From contig CAZQNT010000003.1 of the NCBI GenBank assembly GCA_964595075.1, forward strand, positions 7,666-65,188: a stretch of 57,523 bases of DNA, written 5' to 3'. Of this stretch, positions 16,576 through 26,479 are shown in pieces (within the stretch, counting starts at the first letter, position 1; every line of letters begins with the position of its first letter). Both the position numbers and the translations under genes were made by a program. This DNA comes from an uncultured Gammaproteobacteria bacterium. Its GTDB lineage: Bacteria; Patescibacteriota; Patescibacteriia; 2-12-FULL-60-25. Below the pieces are notes generated by a model. It ran no database searches. It saw only the letters and a program-made list of their open reading frames with translations, and had not been told where the DNA came from.

Positions 16576-17643
16576 ATGGGACTGTTTTCAAAAGCCGCAT
16601 CCAAGCAGAGTTACCTCGGGATTGATCTCGGATATTCCGGGATCAAACTCGTCGAGCTCTTAAATGAAAAAGGCCGTGCGCGTCTTGTGACTTACGCGTT
16701 TGTCGACGGCAATATGCAGTCGAACGATAGACCGCTCATAGAAGATACTGATAGGACGGCGGCGCTATTGAAGAAAATGGTCGCGAAAGCGAGATGCACT
16801 ACAAAACGAACGGTCGCCGCGCTTCCGGTATCCTCCGTATTCTCATCGATTATCAGCGTCCCTGCGGCAAACGAGAAAGAATTAAAAGAAGCGATTCAAT
16901 GGCAGGCGAAAAAACTAATCCCCGTTCCTCTTGAAGACATCACGCTTGATTCAAAGACTATCGATACTACTGATGCGCCAGGCGGAAAAAAGATTACGCG
17001 CGTTTTGATTACCGGCGCGCCGAAACCGCTCGTGAACAAGTACATCGAGATTTTCAAGAAAGCGGGGCTGGATCTAATATCTCTCGAAACCGAAGCGTTT
17101 GCGCAAATCAGGTCTCTGGTAGGGAAAGATCGATCCAGCATAATGGTGATCGATATCGGCTCGCAGCGCACCAATATATCCGTCGTTGAAAAAGGCGTGC
17201 CGTTTTTGAACCGCTCCATCGCAACCGGCGGAATCGCGATCTCGCAAACCATAGCAAAAACTCTCGGCATAACATTCGAACAGGCGAATACAATGAAGCG
17301 CGATATTCGTTCCATGCAGGGGTTTACGCCGACGGGGGACCTTTCATCTATTTTGCAAACGCTTTTGAAGCCGATCTTGGATGAGATACGTTACTCGTTC
17401 AATTTGTATCAGGGTCAAAGCGAAGGAGGACAGGCGAAACGGATCGACAAAATCATATTAACCGGAGGATCATCGCTTTTGCCTCGCTTGCCGGAATTTT
17501 TAACGCAACTTCTTAACGTCAACGCGTATCTGGGCGATCCATGGGCGCGAGTAGTTTATCCGCAAGACTTGCGTCCGGTTCTTGACGATATTGGCGCGCG
17601 ATTCACCGTATCAATAGGATGCGCGATGAGGGATATCGAATGA
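16576..17643 (+). CDS. pilM: Type IV pilus assembly protein PilM (actin-like ATPase fold)
   Basis: YLGIDLGYSGIKLVEL, VIDIGSQRTN, ILTGGSSLLP; start moved to ATG 16576. Confidence 0.85.
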   Translation: MGLFSKAASKQSYLGIDLGYSGIKLVELLNEKGRARLVTYAFVDGNMQSNDRPLIEDTDRTAALLKKMVAKARCTTKRTVAALPVSSVFSSIISVPAANEKELKEAIQWQAKKLIPVPLEDITLDSKTIDTTDAPGGKKITRVLITGAPKPLVNKYIEIFKKAGLDLISLETEAFAQIRSLVGKDRSSIMVIDIGSQRTNISVVEKGVPFLNRSIATGGIAISQTIAKTLGITFEQANTMKRDIRSMQGFTPTGDLSSILQTLLKPILDEIRYSFNLYQGQSEGGQAKRIDKIILTGGSSLLPRLPEFLTQLLNVNAYLGDPWARVVYPQDLRPVLDDIGARFTVSIGCAMRDIE

Positions 17644-17660
17644 CGAAATCCGAATGACAA

Positions 17661-18713
17661 ATGACGGATAATATCTCGCTACTTCCGGAAAACCTACGAA
17701 AAAGGGAGGAGCAAATTAAGAAAGAGGCGCCTACTCCGGAACGGGAGGAGGAAGTTAAGATGCATTTGCCTTCCGCTGAAGAGGAAGACATTGAGATCAT
17801 TGAAATCGACGAGGGAGAGGTGGGAGAAGTTTTGGCTGGCGAGCCGTCTTTTACGCGAGCTATTTTCGGAATTCAAAGTTTTTTTCAGGACATGAAGGCG
17901 AAGCTGCTTCATCCTTACGCGGCTGAACCGCCGCCAAAGCTGCCACCGCAATTTTTTACTCCTCCAAAACCCAAAGAAAAAAAACCGCCGCCTGGACTCG
18001 TTCCTATTCCCGGAGTCACGCCTCCTCCAATAATTCAAATCAAAGAGGCGGTTGTTGCGCAACAAAAGCCGCGAGTGATGCCGGCGGCGAAGACTCCGAA
18101 GCGCGTACGCATTATCAAGCGTGTCAGAAAACCGGTACGCGTCAGTTTTTTGGACGAACAAGAATTGCAGTTGCGAATAGACATACCGCGCCGGAGATTC
18201 ACGTTGGCGATTTATGTCGTAGCGTTTGCGTTGTTGTTCACCGGATCATATTTGATTTTGATTTGGCAGGGCGAACGAGTCGGCGCGAACGCGGAGAGCG
18301 TGCGCATGGATTTGACTGAAATCGAAAAGAAGATCAGCGAGAAACAAAGCGCGTGGATTTCCTATCAAGACCTTGAACCGCGCCTTAAAGCATTGGGAGC
18401 GCTTCTTGATCGTCACGTTGCGCCAACACGGCTTTTCGACCAATTGGAACGTTATACCGTGAAGGATGCTTCTTACAGTTCGTTCACCCTGTCGCCGGAC
18501 GGCCACTTGCTGTTGTCGGCCAGTACGAAATCGTACGAATCTGCGGCTCGGCAAATCGTATCGTTTCGTAAATCAGGCATCGCCAGCTCGGTAGAAGCGT
18601 TCGGATACCAGGCGAGTTTTGACGATGCAACGGGGGCAATCATCAAGGTTACGTTTCAAATCAATCTGGTTTTGAATCCCGAGGTTCTTCGTTTGGCGCA
18701 AGTTAAAAAGTAA
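17661..18713 (+). CDS. PilN-like bitopic protein with a long acidic/Pro-rich cytoplasmic region
   Basis: Position after pilM; single TM (FTLAIYVVAFALLFTGSYLILIW); coiled-coil ectodomain. Confidence 0.5.
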   Translation: MTDNISLLPENLRKREEQIKKEAPTPEREEEVKMHLPSAEEEDIEIIEIDEGEVGEVLAGEPSFTRAIFGIQSFFQDMKAKLLHPYAAEPPPKLPPQFFTPPKPKEKKPPPGLVPIPGVTPPPIIQIKEAVVAQQKPRVMPAAKTPKRVRIIKRVRKPVRVSFLDEQELQLRIDIPRRRFTLAIYVVAFALLFTGSYLILIWQGERVGANAESVRMDLTEIEKKISEKQSAWISYQDLEPRLKALGALLDRHVAPTRLFDQLERYTVKDASYSSFTLSPDGHLLLSASTKSYESAARQIVSFRKSGIASSVEAFGYQASFDDATGAIIKVTFQINLVLNPEVLRLAQVKK

Positions 18714-18720
18714 CGCGAAC

Positions 18721-19347
18721 ATGGTAAAAATCACGAACGAAAAAAAGGCATCTCCGCTTCTCACCGATTATTACTCGACATCTTTTTTCTTGCTCATTTT
18801 GCTTTTTTTGGTCGCCTCGGCGTTCGCGCTATTGCCGCTCATGAATCAATTGAAGACGAAGAATTCCGAACTTGGCGCTGATATTGAACGCCTCACGCAA
18901 GAGCGGGCGTATTTGCAGAGTTTGGATCAATCGATCGTATCCGCGGAAAACATTTCGCCTACGGTATTAAGCCGTGTAGATCAGGCGTTGCCGAGAGAGT
19001 CGAATGTTCCGGAATTATTGACTTTGCTCGGAAGCGTCTCTGAAATGGACGGCGTGAAATTGAATTCCGTAAATTTTTCAGAAGTTAAGTCAGCGCAAGC
19101 CCGCGGAGCTGCGAGCGCGACATCCAGCATAATGCAAACGCAAATCAATATCTCCGTTAGCGCGGCAAATTATCCGCAAATAAAACGATTCCTTAGTCAT
19201 CTTGAATCGAGTCTTCGTCTTTTGGATGTGGTTGGAATAAACGTGTCGCTAGACGGAGAAAGGGCGACGTACGCGATACAGCTCGCCACCTACGCTTATA
19301 GACCGGCGGTTGTTCCGAGGGCGACTACAGAGAATAAGAAGCTATGA
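18721..19347 (+). CDS. PilO-like bitopic protein
   Basis: N-terminal TM followed by a coiled coil; position in the operon. Confidence 0.5.
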   Translation: MVKITNEKKASPLLTDYYSTSFFLLILLFLVASAFALLPLMNQLKTKNSELGADIERLTQERAYLQSLDQSIVSAENISPTVLSRVDQALPRESNVPELLTLLGSVSEMDGVKLNSVNFSEVKSAQARGAASATSSIMQTQINISVSAANYPQIKRFLSHLESSLRLLDVVGINVSLDGERATYAIQLATYAYRPAVVPRATTENKKL

Positions 19348-19703
19348 CGAATCGAAAAATACCGCTAATCGCGCGAATCGTACAAATAACGGTAATATTG
19401 GGTTGTATCGGTGGCTTGTTATGGGTCGGCATGAGATTTTTTGAACCTGTTCCTGTGCCGCCAAACGCAAAGATTCAACGAGCCGTGAAATTCGACGCAT
19501 CGTCCGACGTCAGCAAGAATTCGGTTTTTAGCGGATTGCAGCAATACGGCACCGCTATGGTAGAAGTTGGGGAGACGGGGAGGGTAAATCCGTTCGTGCC
19601 ATTGCCTTCTCCGGTCAATGTTACGGGTACCGTGACTTCGACAAAATCAATGCTGAATCTTACGAAGCAAGCAACAGGTACTACAATGGAAGCGGCAAAT
19701 TAA
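19344..19703 (+). CDS. Small membrane-anchored protein, PilP-like
   Basis: TM helix plus GRVNPFVP motif; start overlaps the upstream stop. Confidence 0.45.
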   Translation: MTNRKIPLIARIVQITVILGCIGGLLWVGMRFFEPVPVPPNAKIQRAVKFDASSDVSKNSVFSGLQQYGTAMVEVGETGRVNPFVPLPSPVNVTGTVTSTKSMLNLTKQATGTTMEAAN

Positions 19704-19705
19704 GT

Positions 19706-21445
19706 ATGGACGAAAAATTACTTGAATTTCTTGTAAAAAAAGGCCTTCTGGACGAGAAGACTCTTTCGATCGTTCGCGAACTTATTTTGCGCGGTAAAAC
19801 TGCGGAACAGGTTCTCGTGGGCGGAAAATATGTTCCGGAGACCGATCTCGCAAAGGCGAAGGCAGAAATCTTTGCACTGCCTTTCGTCGATATTGCGAAT
19901 GTGCAGGTGACGCAGGAAGTCATCGAGTTGATCCCTGCCGCTACAGTACAGAGTTATAAAATGGTTCCTATCGGGTTTGATGGAACGACCATACAGGTCG
20001 CCATGCAGAATCCGCAGGATGTTCACGCCATGGAAGCGCTACAGTTTTTAGCGAATGAGCGAAAGTGGAGAGTGCAGACGGTTGTAGTTCCGGCAAGTCA
20101 GATGACTCGTCTGCTCAGGCAGGCCGGAACATCCTCGGGAGAGGTAGAGTCCGCTCTCGCCGAAGCCAAGGGAAAGTTTTCTCAACCAAAGGAGATAAGA
20201 GACGAGGCGAGCGCCCTCGAAGAAGTAATCAAAGGTGCGCCCGTGTCTCGTATGATTTCTGTGATAATGCGGCAGGCCGTGGACGGCGGCGCTTCCGATA
20301 TTCATATCGAGCCCATGGGCGACGAGTCTCGCGTTCGCTACCGTATTGACGGAGTTTTGCGCACGTCTCTCGCGCTTCCGCTGTATATTCATCCGGCTCT
20401 CGTGTCTCGCATAAAGGTTTTGGCTAATTTGAAACTCGATGAGACGCGGATTCCCCAAGACGGCCGTATCACCGAGTCGCTAAACGGAAAGAAAATCGAC
20501 TTTCGCGTTTCCACGCTTCCGGTCGTCGACAATGAGAAGGTAGTGATGCGTATTCTCGACACTTCGGTCGGCGCTCCGACTTTTGAGACCCTCGGCTATA
20601 GAAAAGAGTATATCGACATAATCAAGCAAGAGATCAAGAAACCTTTCGGACTGTTTTTGATCACCGGTCCGACAGGTTCCGGAAAATCAACAACGTTGTT
20701 TTCAGGGCTCAATCTTCTTAATGCCGAGGGCGAAAACATCTCCACTCTTGAAGATCCCGTGGAATACTACATTGCAGGAGTGAATCAATCGCAGATTCGT
20801 CCGGAGATCGGTTATACGTTCGCGACCGGGCTGCGTTCGCTTTTGCGGCAGGATCCTAACGTGATAATGGTTGGAGAAATTCGTGACCGCGAAACCGCGG
20901 AGCTCGTTATCCACGCGTCGCTCACAGGGCACCTCATCTTTTCCACGCTCCACACGAACGATGTTTTCAGTATCGTGCCGCGGCTTGTGGATATGGGAGT
21001 CGAGCCGTTTTTGCTCGCAGCGACTATGAACCTCGGGATTGCGCAACGTTTGGCGAGAAAGATTTGCTCGCATTGCAAAGAGCCGCAGGAAGTTTCGGTT
21101 GAAACTATTGAAAAAATTAGAAAGCAGCTCGCGGGGATTCCAAAGGCATACCTCCCTGCGTCACTCGACATCTCCGGTACTTTGATTTTTTATCACGGCA
21201 AAGGTTGCGCGCGTTGCGGGAATTCGGGATACTCCGGTCGTACGTCGGTCGCGGAACTTTTTCAATTTACGCCACAAGCGAAACGTTTGATAGAAAGGGG
21301 ATTTACCGCCGATGAAGGCAGAAAAGAGGCGGCGAGGCAGGGGATGCTCACGCTTCGCCAAGATATTATTCTAAAGGCGATCGAGGGGATTACGACGTTG
21401 GAAGAGGTTTTGCGGGTTAGTCAGGAGACGAGCGAAGGGGAATAA
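19706..21445 (+). CDS. pilB: Type IV pilus assembly ATPase PilB (GspE family)
   Basis: Walker A GPTGSGKST, VIMVGEIRD, TGHLIFSTLHTN, tetra-Cys CSHC..CARC. Confidence 0.92.
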   Translation: MDEKLLEFLVKKGLLDEKTLSIVRELILRGKTAEQVLVGGKYVPETDLAKAKAEIFALPFVDIANVQVTQEVIELIPAATVQSYKMVPIGFDGTTIQVAMQNPQDVHAMEALQFLANERKWRVQTVVVPASQMTRLLRQAGTSSGEVESALAEAKGKFSQPKEIRDEASALEEVIKGAPVSRMISVIMRQAVDGGASDIHIEPMGDESRVRYRIDGVLRTSLALPLYIHPALVSRIKVLANLKLDETRIPQDGRITESLNGKKIDFRVSTLPVVDNEKVVMRILDTSVGAPTFETLGYRKEYIDIIKQEIKKPFGLFLITGPTGSGKSTTLFSGLNLLNAEGENISTLEDPVEYYIAGVNQSQIRPEIGYTFATGLRSLLRQDPNVIMVGEIRDRETAELVIHASLTGHLIFSTLHTNDVFSIVPRLVDMGVEPFLLAATMNLGIAQRLARKICSHCKEPQEVSVETIEKIRKQLAGIPKAYLPASLDISGTLIFYHGKGCARCGNSGYSGRTSVAELFQFTPQAKRLIERGFTADEGRKEAARQGMLTLRQDIILKAIEGITTLEEVLRVSQETSEGE

Positions 21446-21536
21446 GATCATATTATGAAATTTTACTTATCTCGCTGCGGAACTCGCTGCGCTCGGGCAG
21501 TCCTCGCTGCGATAAGTAAAATTTCATAATATGATC
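21446..21536. repeat. Family D palindromic repeat, copy 2
   Basis: Starts 1 nt after the pilB stop; same inner CTCGCTGCG..TCCTCGCTGCG core as 5207-5289. Confidence 0.85.
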
Positions 21537-21551
21537 TCTGAAATAATTTAA

Positions 21552-21932
21552 ATGTATATGAAATCCACTATTCTGATTATTGAGGACGATGCGTTTCTTG
21601 CGGGGATATATGCGAAAAAAATGGAAGAGGAGGGTTTTCAGTGCGTTCTTGCGACGAACGGCGAAGACGGGTTGAGGCAGGTTCAAAAAGAGAAGCCAAC
21701 GTTGATTTTGTTGGATCTTATGTTGCCGAAGATGAACGGATTCGAGGTGTTGGAGGCGTTGAAGCGCGATACGGGAACGGCATCCGTACCCGTTCTCGTG
21801 ATGACGAATCTCGCGGAGCGAAAAGACGTCGAGCGATGCATGGCGCTTGGCGCGGCAGGATACGTCATCAAAGCCCACGCCTTGCCGCATGAAACGGTCA
21901 GTAAGATAAAACAAATATTATCCAAAAGCTAA
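21552..21932 (+). CDS. Stand-alone response-regulator receiver domain (CheY-like)
   Basis: ILIIEDD, phospho-acceptor context LILLDLMLP, VLVMTN, GAAGYVIK. Confidence 0.85.
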   Translation: MYMKSTILIIEDDAFLAGIYAKKMEEEGFQCVLATNGEDGLRQVQKEKPTLILLDLMLPKMNGFEVLEALKRDTGTASVPVLVMTNLAERKDVERCMALGAAGYVIKAHALPHETVSKIKQILSKS

Positions 21933-21950
21933 ACATTGCAATATTATATC

Positions 21951-22032
21951 CGTGTCATTCCCGTGAAGACGGGAATCCAGATCAAAAGGATTATTTTTCA
22001 CTATCTGGATCCACGCCTACGCTGGGATGACG
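21951..22032. repeat. Family C structured repeat, copy 2
   Basis: CGTGTCATTCCCGTGAAGACGGGAATCCAG...CTGGATCC..GCTGGGATGACG. Confidence 0.85.
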
Positions 22033-22042
22033 CATACATCGC

Positions 22043-23254
22043 ATGCCTTCATTTAAGTATAGAGTTCGGTTGGCGGACGGGTCCGTGCAGTCCGGATTAG
22101 TTGAGGCGGAGAATAGAGACGCCGCCTCATTAGCTTTGCAGGAACGCGGGTATGACGTCATGCTTTTGGAAACCGCGTCCGCCTTTTCAGCCGGGCAAGG
22201 CGGCGGCATGGGTTTTTTGAATCGTATAAACAAAAAGGAGCTTGTGATAGTGGCCAGGACGCTGTCCGTAATGGTTTCCGCTTCCGTTCCTCTCGTTGAC
22301 GCTGTACGAAACATCGCAAGGCAGACTGAAAATCCAAGACTTAGGGGGTTGTTGGCGCAAGTAGCGTCAGACGTTGAAAGCGGAGGAAAACTTTCCGACG
22401 CTTTGGATATTTACGGCAAGGTGTTCGGCGATTTTTTTATTAACATGATCCGATCCGGTGAAACGTCCGGACAGCTCGCCGGCGTGTTGGAATATCTTGC
22501 GGATCAAATGGAAAAAGATTACGACCTGAACGCCAAAGTTAAAGGCGCAATGATTTATCCGGCGTTCATCATGTCAGGGCTTTTCGTGGTCGCGTTTATA
22601 ATGATGTCTTTCGTGATTCCAAAGTTGACCGCGATTCTGGAGGAGGCGGACGTCGCTCTACCGTTAAGTACGCGAATTTTGATAACAGTATCCGGTGCTT
22701 TTGAAAATTATTGGTGGCTTATTCTTATTTTTATGGCAGTCATTGCCGGAGTTATCCGCTCGTGGCTTTCGACTCCTGGTGGGAGGTATCTTTGGGATTT
22801 AATGAAAATGCGAATCCCGATTTTCGGAGGGTTGTTGCAACGAATTTATGTGGTTCGGTTCGCGCGTTCGCTTTCAACTCTAAACAAAGGCGGTGTGGAC
22901 ATGGTTTCTTCTCTTGAAATAGTAGCGGGTGTCATGGGAAACGCCGCATGGAAACATCTCGTGTTCCTGACCATACAAGAGCTGAACGAAGGAAATTCCA
23001 TTGTCACTGCCATGATGAGGGAGAAGTATGTTCCGTCCATGATGATTCAAATGTTAGGAGTTGGGGAGGATACCGGACGTATTCAAGAGGTATTAGAGAG
23101 GTTAAGCTCGTTTTTCACAAGAGAAATCGACAATACCGTTGCGAACCTCGTGTCTCTCATAGAGCCGGCAGTCATGATTTTACTAGGCGTTGGCGTAGGA
23201 GTGATGGTTTCCGCGATATTATTGCCTTTGTACAGTCTATCGTCGGCTGTCTAA
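22043..23254 (+). CDS. pilC: Type IV pilus platform protein PilC (two T2SS-F domains)
   Basis: 403 aa, three TM segments, duplicated GspF-like domains. Confidence 0.9.
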   Translation: MPSFKYRVRLADGSVQSGLVEAENRDAASLALQERGYDVMLLETASAFSAGQGGGMGFLNRINKKELVIVARTLSVMVSASVPLVDAVRNIARQTENPRLRGLLAQVASDVESGGKLSDALDIYGKVFGDFFINMIRSGETSGQLAGVLEYLADQMEKDYDLNAKVKGAMIYPAFIMSGLFVVAFIMMSFVIPKLTAILEEADVALPLSTRILITVSGAFENYWWLILIFMAVIAGVIRSWLSTPGGRYLWDLMKMRIPIFGGLLQRIYVVRFARSLSTLNKGGVDMVSSLEIVAGVMGNAAWKHLVFLTIQELNEGNSIVTAMMREKYVPSMMIQMLGVGEDTGRIQEVLERLSSFFTREIDNTVANLVSLIEPAVMILLGVGVGVMVSAILLPLYSLSSAV

Positions 23255-23329
23255 TATCCTGTTTCACTCATTGTCTGCATGTGATAAACTATCCACATAT
23301 TAATAATTCATCTTTTAACAAAGACGTTT

Positions 23330-23821
23330 ATGAAACGCAAAGGTTTTACACTAATTGAGTTGCTGGTCGTTATCGCTATCATCGGATTGCTCGCTACGCT
23401 TGCCGTTGTCGCGTTCGGCAACGCGCGGCAGAAAGCTAACGACGCAAAGCGTGTAGCGGACATTCGAGGTATAGTCGCGGCATTCGCATCCGCATCACAG
23501 GACGGCGCTGCTTTGTGCGATGCGACAGGAGCAGCTCCATGTGCGGCAGGTACTACGGTCAGCCAGTGCGGACTTTTTACGCCCGCATGCGTGGCAGGAA
23601 ATTCCGACGTCACTAAAAATTACATAAACCTGTCAAATATCAAGGATCCTCAGTATACGGCTGCCTGTGGCGGCGCTCCTTACGCGGCTTGCGACTATAC
23701 GCTTGTAGTAGCAGGAAGTATCTCGGATTTCACAATCGGTTTCGTCACGCAGCAGAGTGATTTGCAGGGGTTGTCCGCAGGAACGTCGCATGAAGCCAAC
23801 CAAAACGGGTTGCTGAATTAA
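23330..23821 (+). CDS. Type IV pilin
   Basis: Prepilin signal [22 protein letters not shown]; several Cys in the C-terminal domain. Confidence 0.85.
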   Translation: MKRKGFTLIELLVVIAIIGLLATLAVVAFGNARQKANDAKRVADIRGIVAAFASASQDGAALCDATGAAPCAAGTTVSQCGLFTPACVAGNSDVTKNYINLSNIKDPQYTAACGGAPYAACDYTLVVAGSISDFTIGFVTQQSDLQGLSAGTSHEANQNGLLN

Positions 23822-23851
23822 AAAGCGGGTTGTTCGTCAAAATAATAGAGT

Positions 23852-24313
23852 ATGAAAACAAAGGGAGGTTTCACCATTCTTGAGTTGCTCATTGTTTTGG
23901 CGATCGTCGGAACGCTTGTTGGCGTTGCAGTTTACTCTCTCGGCGTCTCCCGCGCAAAAACCCGCGATGCAAAACGCGTATCCGATGTTAGCGTGATTAG
24001 AAGTTCTTTAAGCCAGTACTGGCTGCAAAAAGCGAGCTATCCGGTAACGCAAGGAGAAGGGGTATTGCTAGGCAGTCAGGGCGCTAATGCGGACGGACTT
24101 ACGTCAGAAGGATTCATAGGCAAGAGCGGAGGAGGTGCAGTTATTCTTCCAATGGTTCCGGTTGGTCCGAAGTCAGGAGAGTTCTACCGTTATAAAGGCG
24201 CAACTGGAGGATATTCGCTTCAATTCAAAACAGAGCGAGATACGGCATATGGAAAAGCCGGAACGTATTTCGCTCATTCGGGCGGCGTTGATCAGGAGGA
24301 TACGGAAAAATGA
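23852..24313 (+). CDS. Type IV pilin (second paralogue)
   Basis: MKTKGG/FTILELLIVLAIVG. Confidence 0.8.
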   Translation: MKTKGGFTILELLIVLAIVGTLVGVAVYSLGVSRAKTRDAKRVSDVSVIRSSLSQYWLQKASYPVTQGEGVLLGSQGANADGLTSEGFIGKSGGGAVILPMVPVGPKSGEFYRYKGATGGYSLQFKTERDTAYGKAGTYFAHSGGVDQEDTEK

Positions 24314-25101
24314 GCCAGTATCTAACTATTCCGTTCGCCGCCGTGCTCGGCGCTTGCTTAGGTTCGTTCGCGAATGTGGCAGCCATCCGTCTTCACGCGA
24401 TGACGTCTCTCGGCGGCAGATCACGTTGTCCGGAATGCGACGCGCCGATCCGTCCGCGCCACCTTGTCCCGATTTTTTCCTGGCTGGCGCTTCGAGGTCG
24501 TTGCGCGGATTGCGGAGCAAAAATTCATATTCAATATCCGCTAGTAGAATTACTCTGCGCCGCGTTAGTGGTTTTGGCGGCTATAAGACACGATCCGTTT
24601 CTTGGTTATGCCGCGCCTTTCGCATTTGAGACGATTATTTCCATCTCACTCGTGATAGTTTCAGTTATGGATCTTAGGTGGAGTGAGCTTCCGGTTGAGG
24701 TTCTTGTTTTAGTCGGAATAGTCGGTGCGATTTGGAATTTATTTTTTGGTTGGTTAAACGGCGAAATCATTACTTCCGCTATCTCGATCGCTACCGGAAC
24801 TGCGGTTGGGACGGTATTTTTCGGCGCGCAATGGGCGCTCTCAAAAGGAAAGTGGCTAGGGAGCGGCGACGTTTGGTTCGGCGCCATGATGGGACTCGTT
24901 CTCGCGTGGCCAACTACGGCTTATGCAATATATCTCTCATATATTTTTGGAGGATTCGGAGTGGGGATGCTTTATGTTTTGCGTAAGGTTAAAAAGGGAA
25001 TGCGTGTCCCTTTCGCGCCGGCATTATCTCTTGGACTCATGGCCGCGCTTTGGTTTCAGCCGTATTTTGACGAACGACTAAAGTTTCTTTTCGGAATATG
25101 A
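24310..25101 (+). CDS. pilD: Prepilin peptidase/N-methyltransferase PilD (A24 family)
   Basis: N-terminal Cys pairs CPECD..CADCG; polytopic membrane domain with GSGDVWFG. Confidence 0.85.
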   Translation: MSQYLTIPFAAVLGACLGSFANVAAIRLHAMTSLGGRSRCPECDAPIRPRHLVPIFSWLALRGRCADCGAKIHIQYPLVELLCAALVVLAAIRHDPFLGYAAPFAFETIISISLVIVSVMDLRWSELPVEVLVLVGIVGAIWNLFFGWLNGEIITSAISIATGTAVGTVFFGAQWALSKGKWLGSGDVWFGAMMGLVLAWPTTAYAIYLSYIFGGFGVGMLYVLRKVKKGMRVPFAPALSLGLMAALWFQPYFDERLKFLFGI

Positions 25102-25114
25102 GATCTTGCAAATT

Positions 25115-25212
25115 GTGTCATTCCCGTGCAGACGGGAATCCATTTCCTCGAAATATCAGGAATAGGATTTTCACGGTCTGGATCCACCCGAAAGCTTTCG
25201 TGGGGATGACAC
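25115..25212. repeat. Family C structured repeat, copy 3
   Basis: GTGTCATTCCCGTGCAGACGGGAATCC...CTGGATCC...GGGGATGACAC, 98 bp. Confidence 0.85.
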
Positions 25213-25220
25213 GGGGATGG

Positions 25221-25868
25221 ATGACAAAGAAAGGATTCACCATCATGGAGCTCATGGTTAGCATAACGATCTTGATGTTGATTTCAGCGGCAACAGTATT
25301 CGGATTAAGGGGAGCGAGGGAGAGAGAGGAATTGCAGACCGCCGCGCGTTTATTGGCCGGTGACATTCGTTCAGTGGAAACAAGGGCTCTCGCCGGATCG
25401 AACGTAAAAGTTTGCGCGGTCTCGGCAGCCACTGTAAAAGTTTGTGAAGCTGAAAATCCATCGCTTGAAGCATGCGTTTCGGATTGCGCGCCAACATCGC
25501 CTCCTATATTCGGAGTGCGTTTTTCAGCGCAGGATAGCAGATATACGCTGTTTGCAGATACGGAATCCGAGGATTGGCGTTTGACTTCAGCGCGGGAATC
25601 TATCGCGCCGCGAACCTTGAATACGCTCGGTAGCAATCGAGTGGTAATTGATGATATTACGACGGAATCGGGACAGATAGCCGCGGTAGATATAGGAATT
25701 GAGCGTCAGAACGGTCGCGTTCGAATCAACGCCTGCGGTGAAGTTGGACTTCCGGATTGCGCGCCGACTGAACCGCGAACGGCCTCAATACTTTTGCGTC
25801 ACCTCGGTACGGATCAAACCGTAACGATTAAGGTGAACGCCGTTAGCGGACGCGTTACAATAGAATAG
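25221..25868 (+). CDS. Minor pilin/pseudopilin
   Basis: MTKKG/FTIMELMVSITILMLI. Track ORF start 25098 translates the family C repeat, so the start was moved. Confidence 0.7.
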   Translation: MTKKGFTIMELMVSITILMLISAATVFGLRGAREREELQTAARLLAGDIRSVETRALAGSNVKVCAVSAATVKVCEAENPSLEACVSDCAPTSPPIFGVRFSAQDSRYTLFADTESEDWRLTSARESIAPRTLNTLGSNRVVIDDITTESGQIAAVDIGIERQNGRVRINACGEVGLPDCAPTEPRTASILLRHLGTDQTVTIKVNAVSGRVTIE

Positions 25869-25879
25869 ATCGATGATAT

Positions 25880-26479
25880 ATGAAAAAGTTGCTGAACGGA
25901 CAAACTCTGATCGAACTGTTGATCGCAAGCGGTGTAATCGCAGGCGGATTGTTTGCCTCTGTTACTTTGATTTTTTCAAACCTACGGCTTTCCGACCGCG
26001 ATTCGGATTCCGTTGTCGCGATAAATCTTGCGCGGGAGGGAATAGAGCAAGCGAGGGAGCTTCGCGATTCCAATTGGCTCGCGGGAAATCCGTTTGATAG
26101 CGGAATGTTCGTCGCCGGCGGAGACTATTCAGCGACCCCCTCTTGGGATGGCAAAGCCGTTTCGGATCAAATATCTTTTGACTTTACAGCGGATGATTTT
26201 TCCGATCCTGCCGCGATAGTTAGATCGTCCACAGAGCCCGAAAATCAAGGATTTTTAACGCAAAATTCAGGAGTCGCGGCTGATCCGACTTTATGGAGGC
26301 GTCTCATCACGTTCCATCCCGTTTGCGATGCGCCCGGAGGATTTACATATAAAAACGATGGGGAAACTTGCGGAGGAGATTCGACCGTTGGCGTGAGAGT
26401 CGAATCGCGCGTGCGTTGGATGCGTAAAGGTAAGTCATTTGAACGAGTACTTTATGAAGATCTTTTCGATTGGCGGTAG
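25880..26479 (+). CDS. Minor pilin-like protein
   Basis: N-terminal NGQTLIELLIASGVIAGG hydrophobic helix. Confidence 0.6.
   Translation: MKKLLNGQTLIELLIASGVIAGGLFASVTLIFSNLRLSDRDSDSVVAINLAREGIEQARELRDSNWLAGNPFDSGMFVAGGDYSATPSWDGKAVSDQISFDFTADDFSDPAAIVRSSTEPENQGFLTQNSGVAADPTLWRRLITFHPVCDAPGGFTYKNDGETCGGDSTVGVRVESRVRWMRKGKSFERVLYEDLFDWR

Noticed and set aside
24135-24629. 164-aa plus-strand ORF spanning the pilin-2/pilD junction
   Set aside because: It is out of frame with two well-supported genes (prepilin motif, A24 peptidase) and has an Arg-rich nonsense-like composition.
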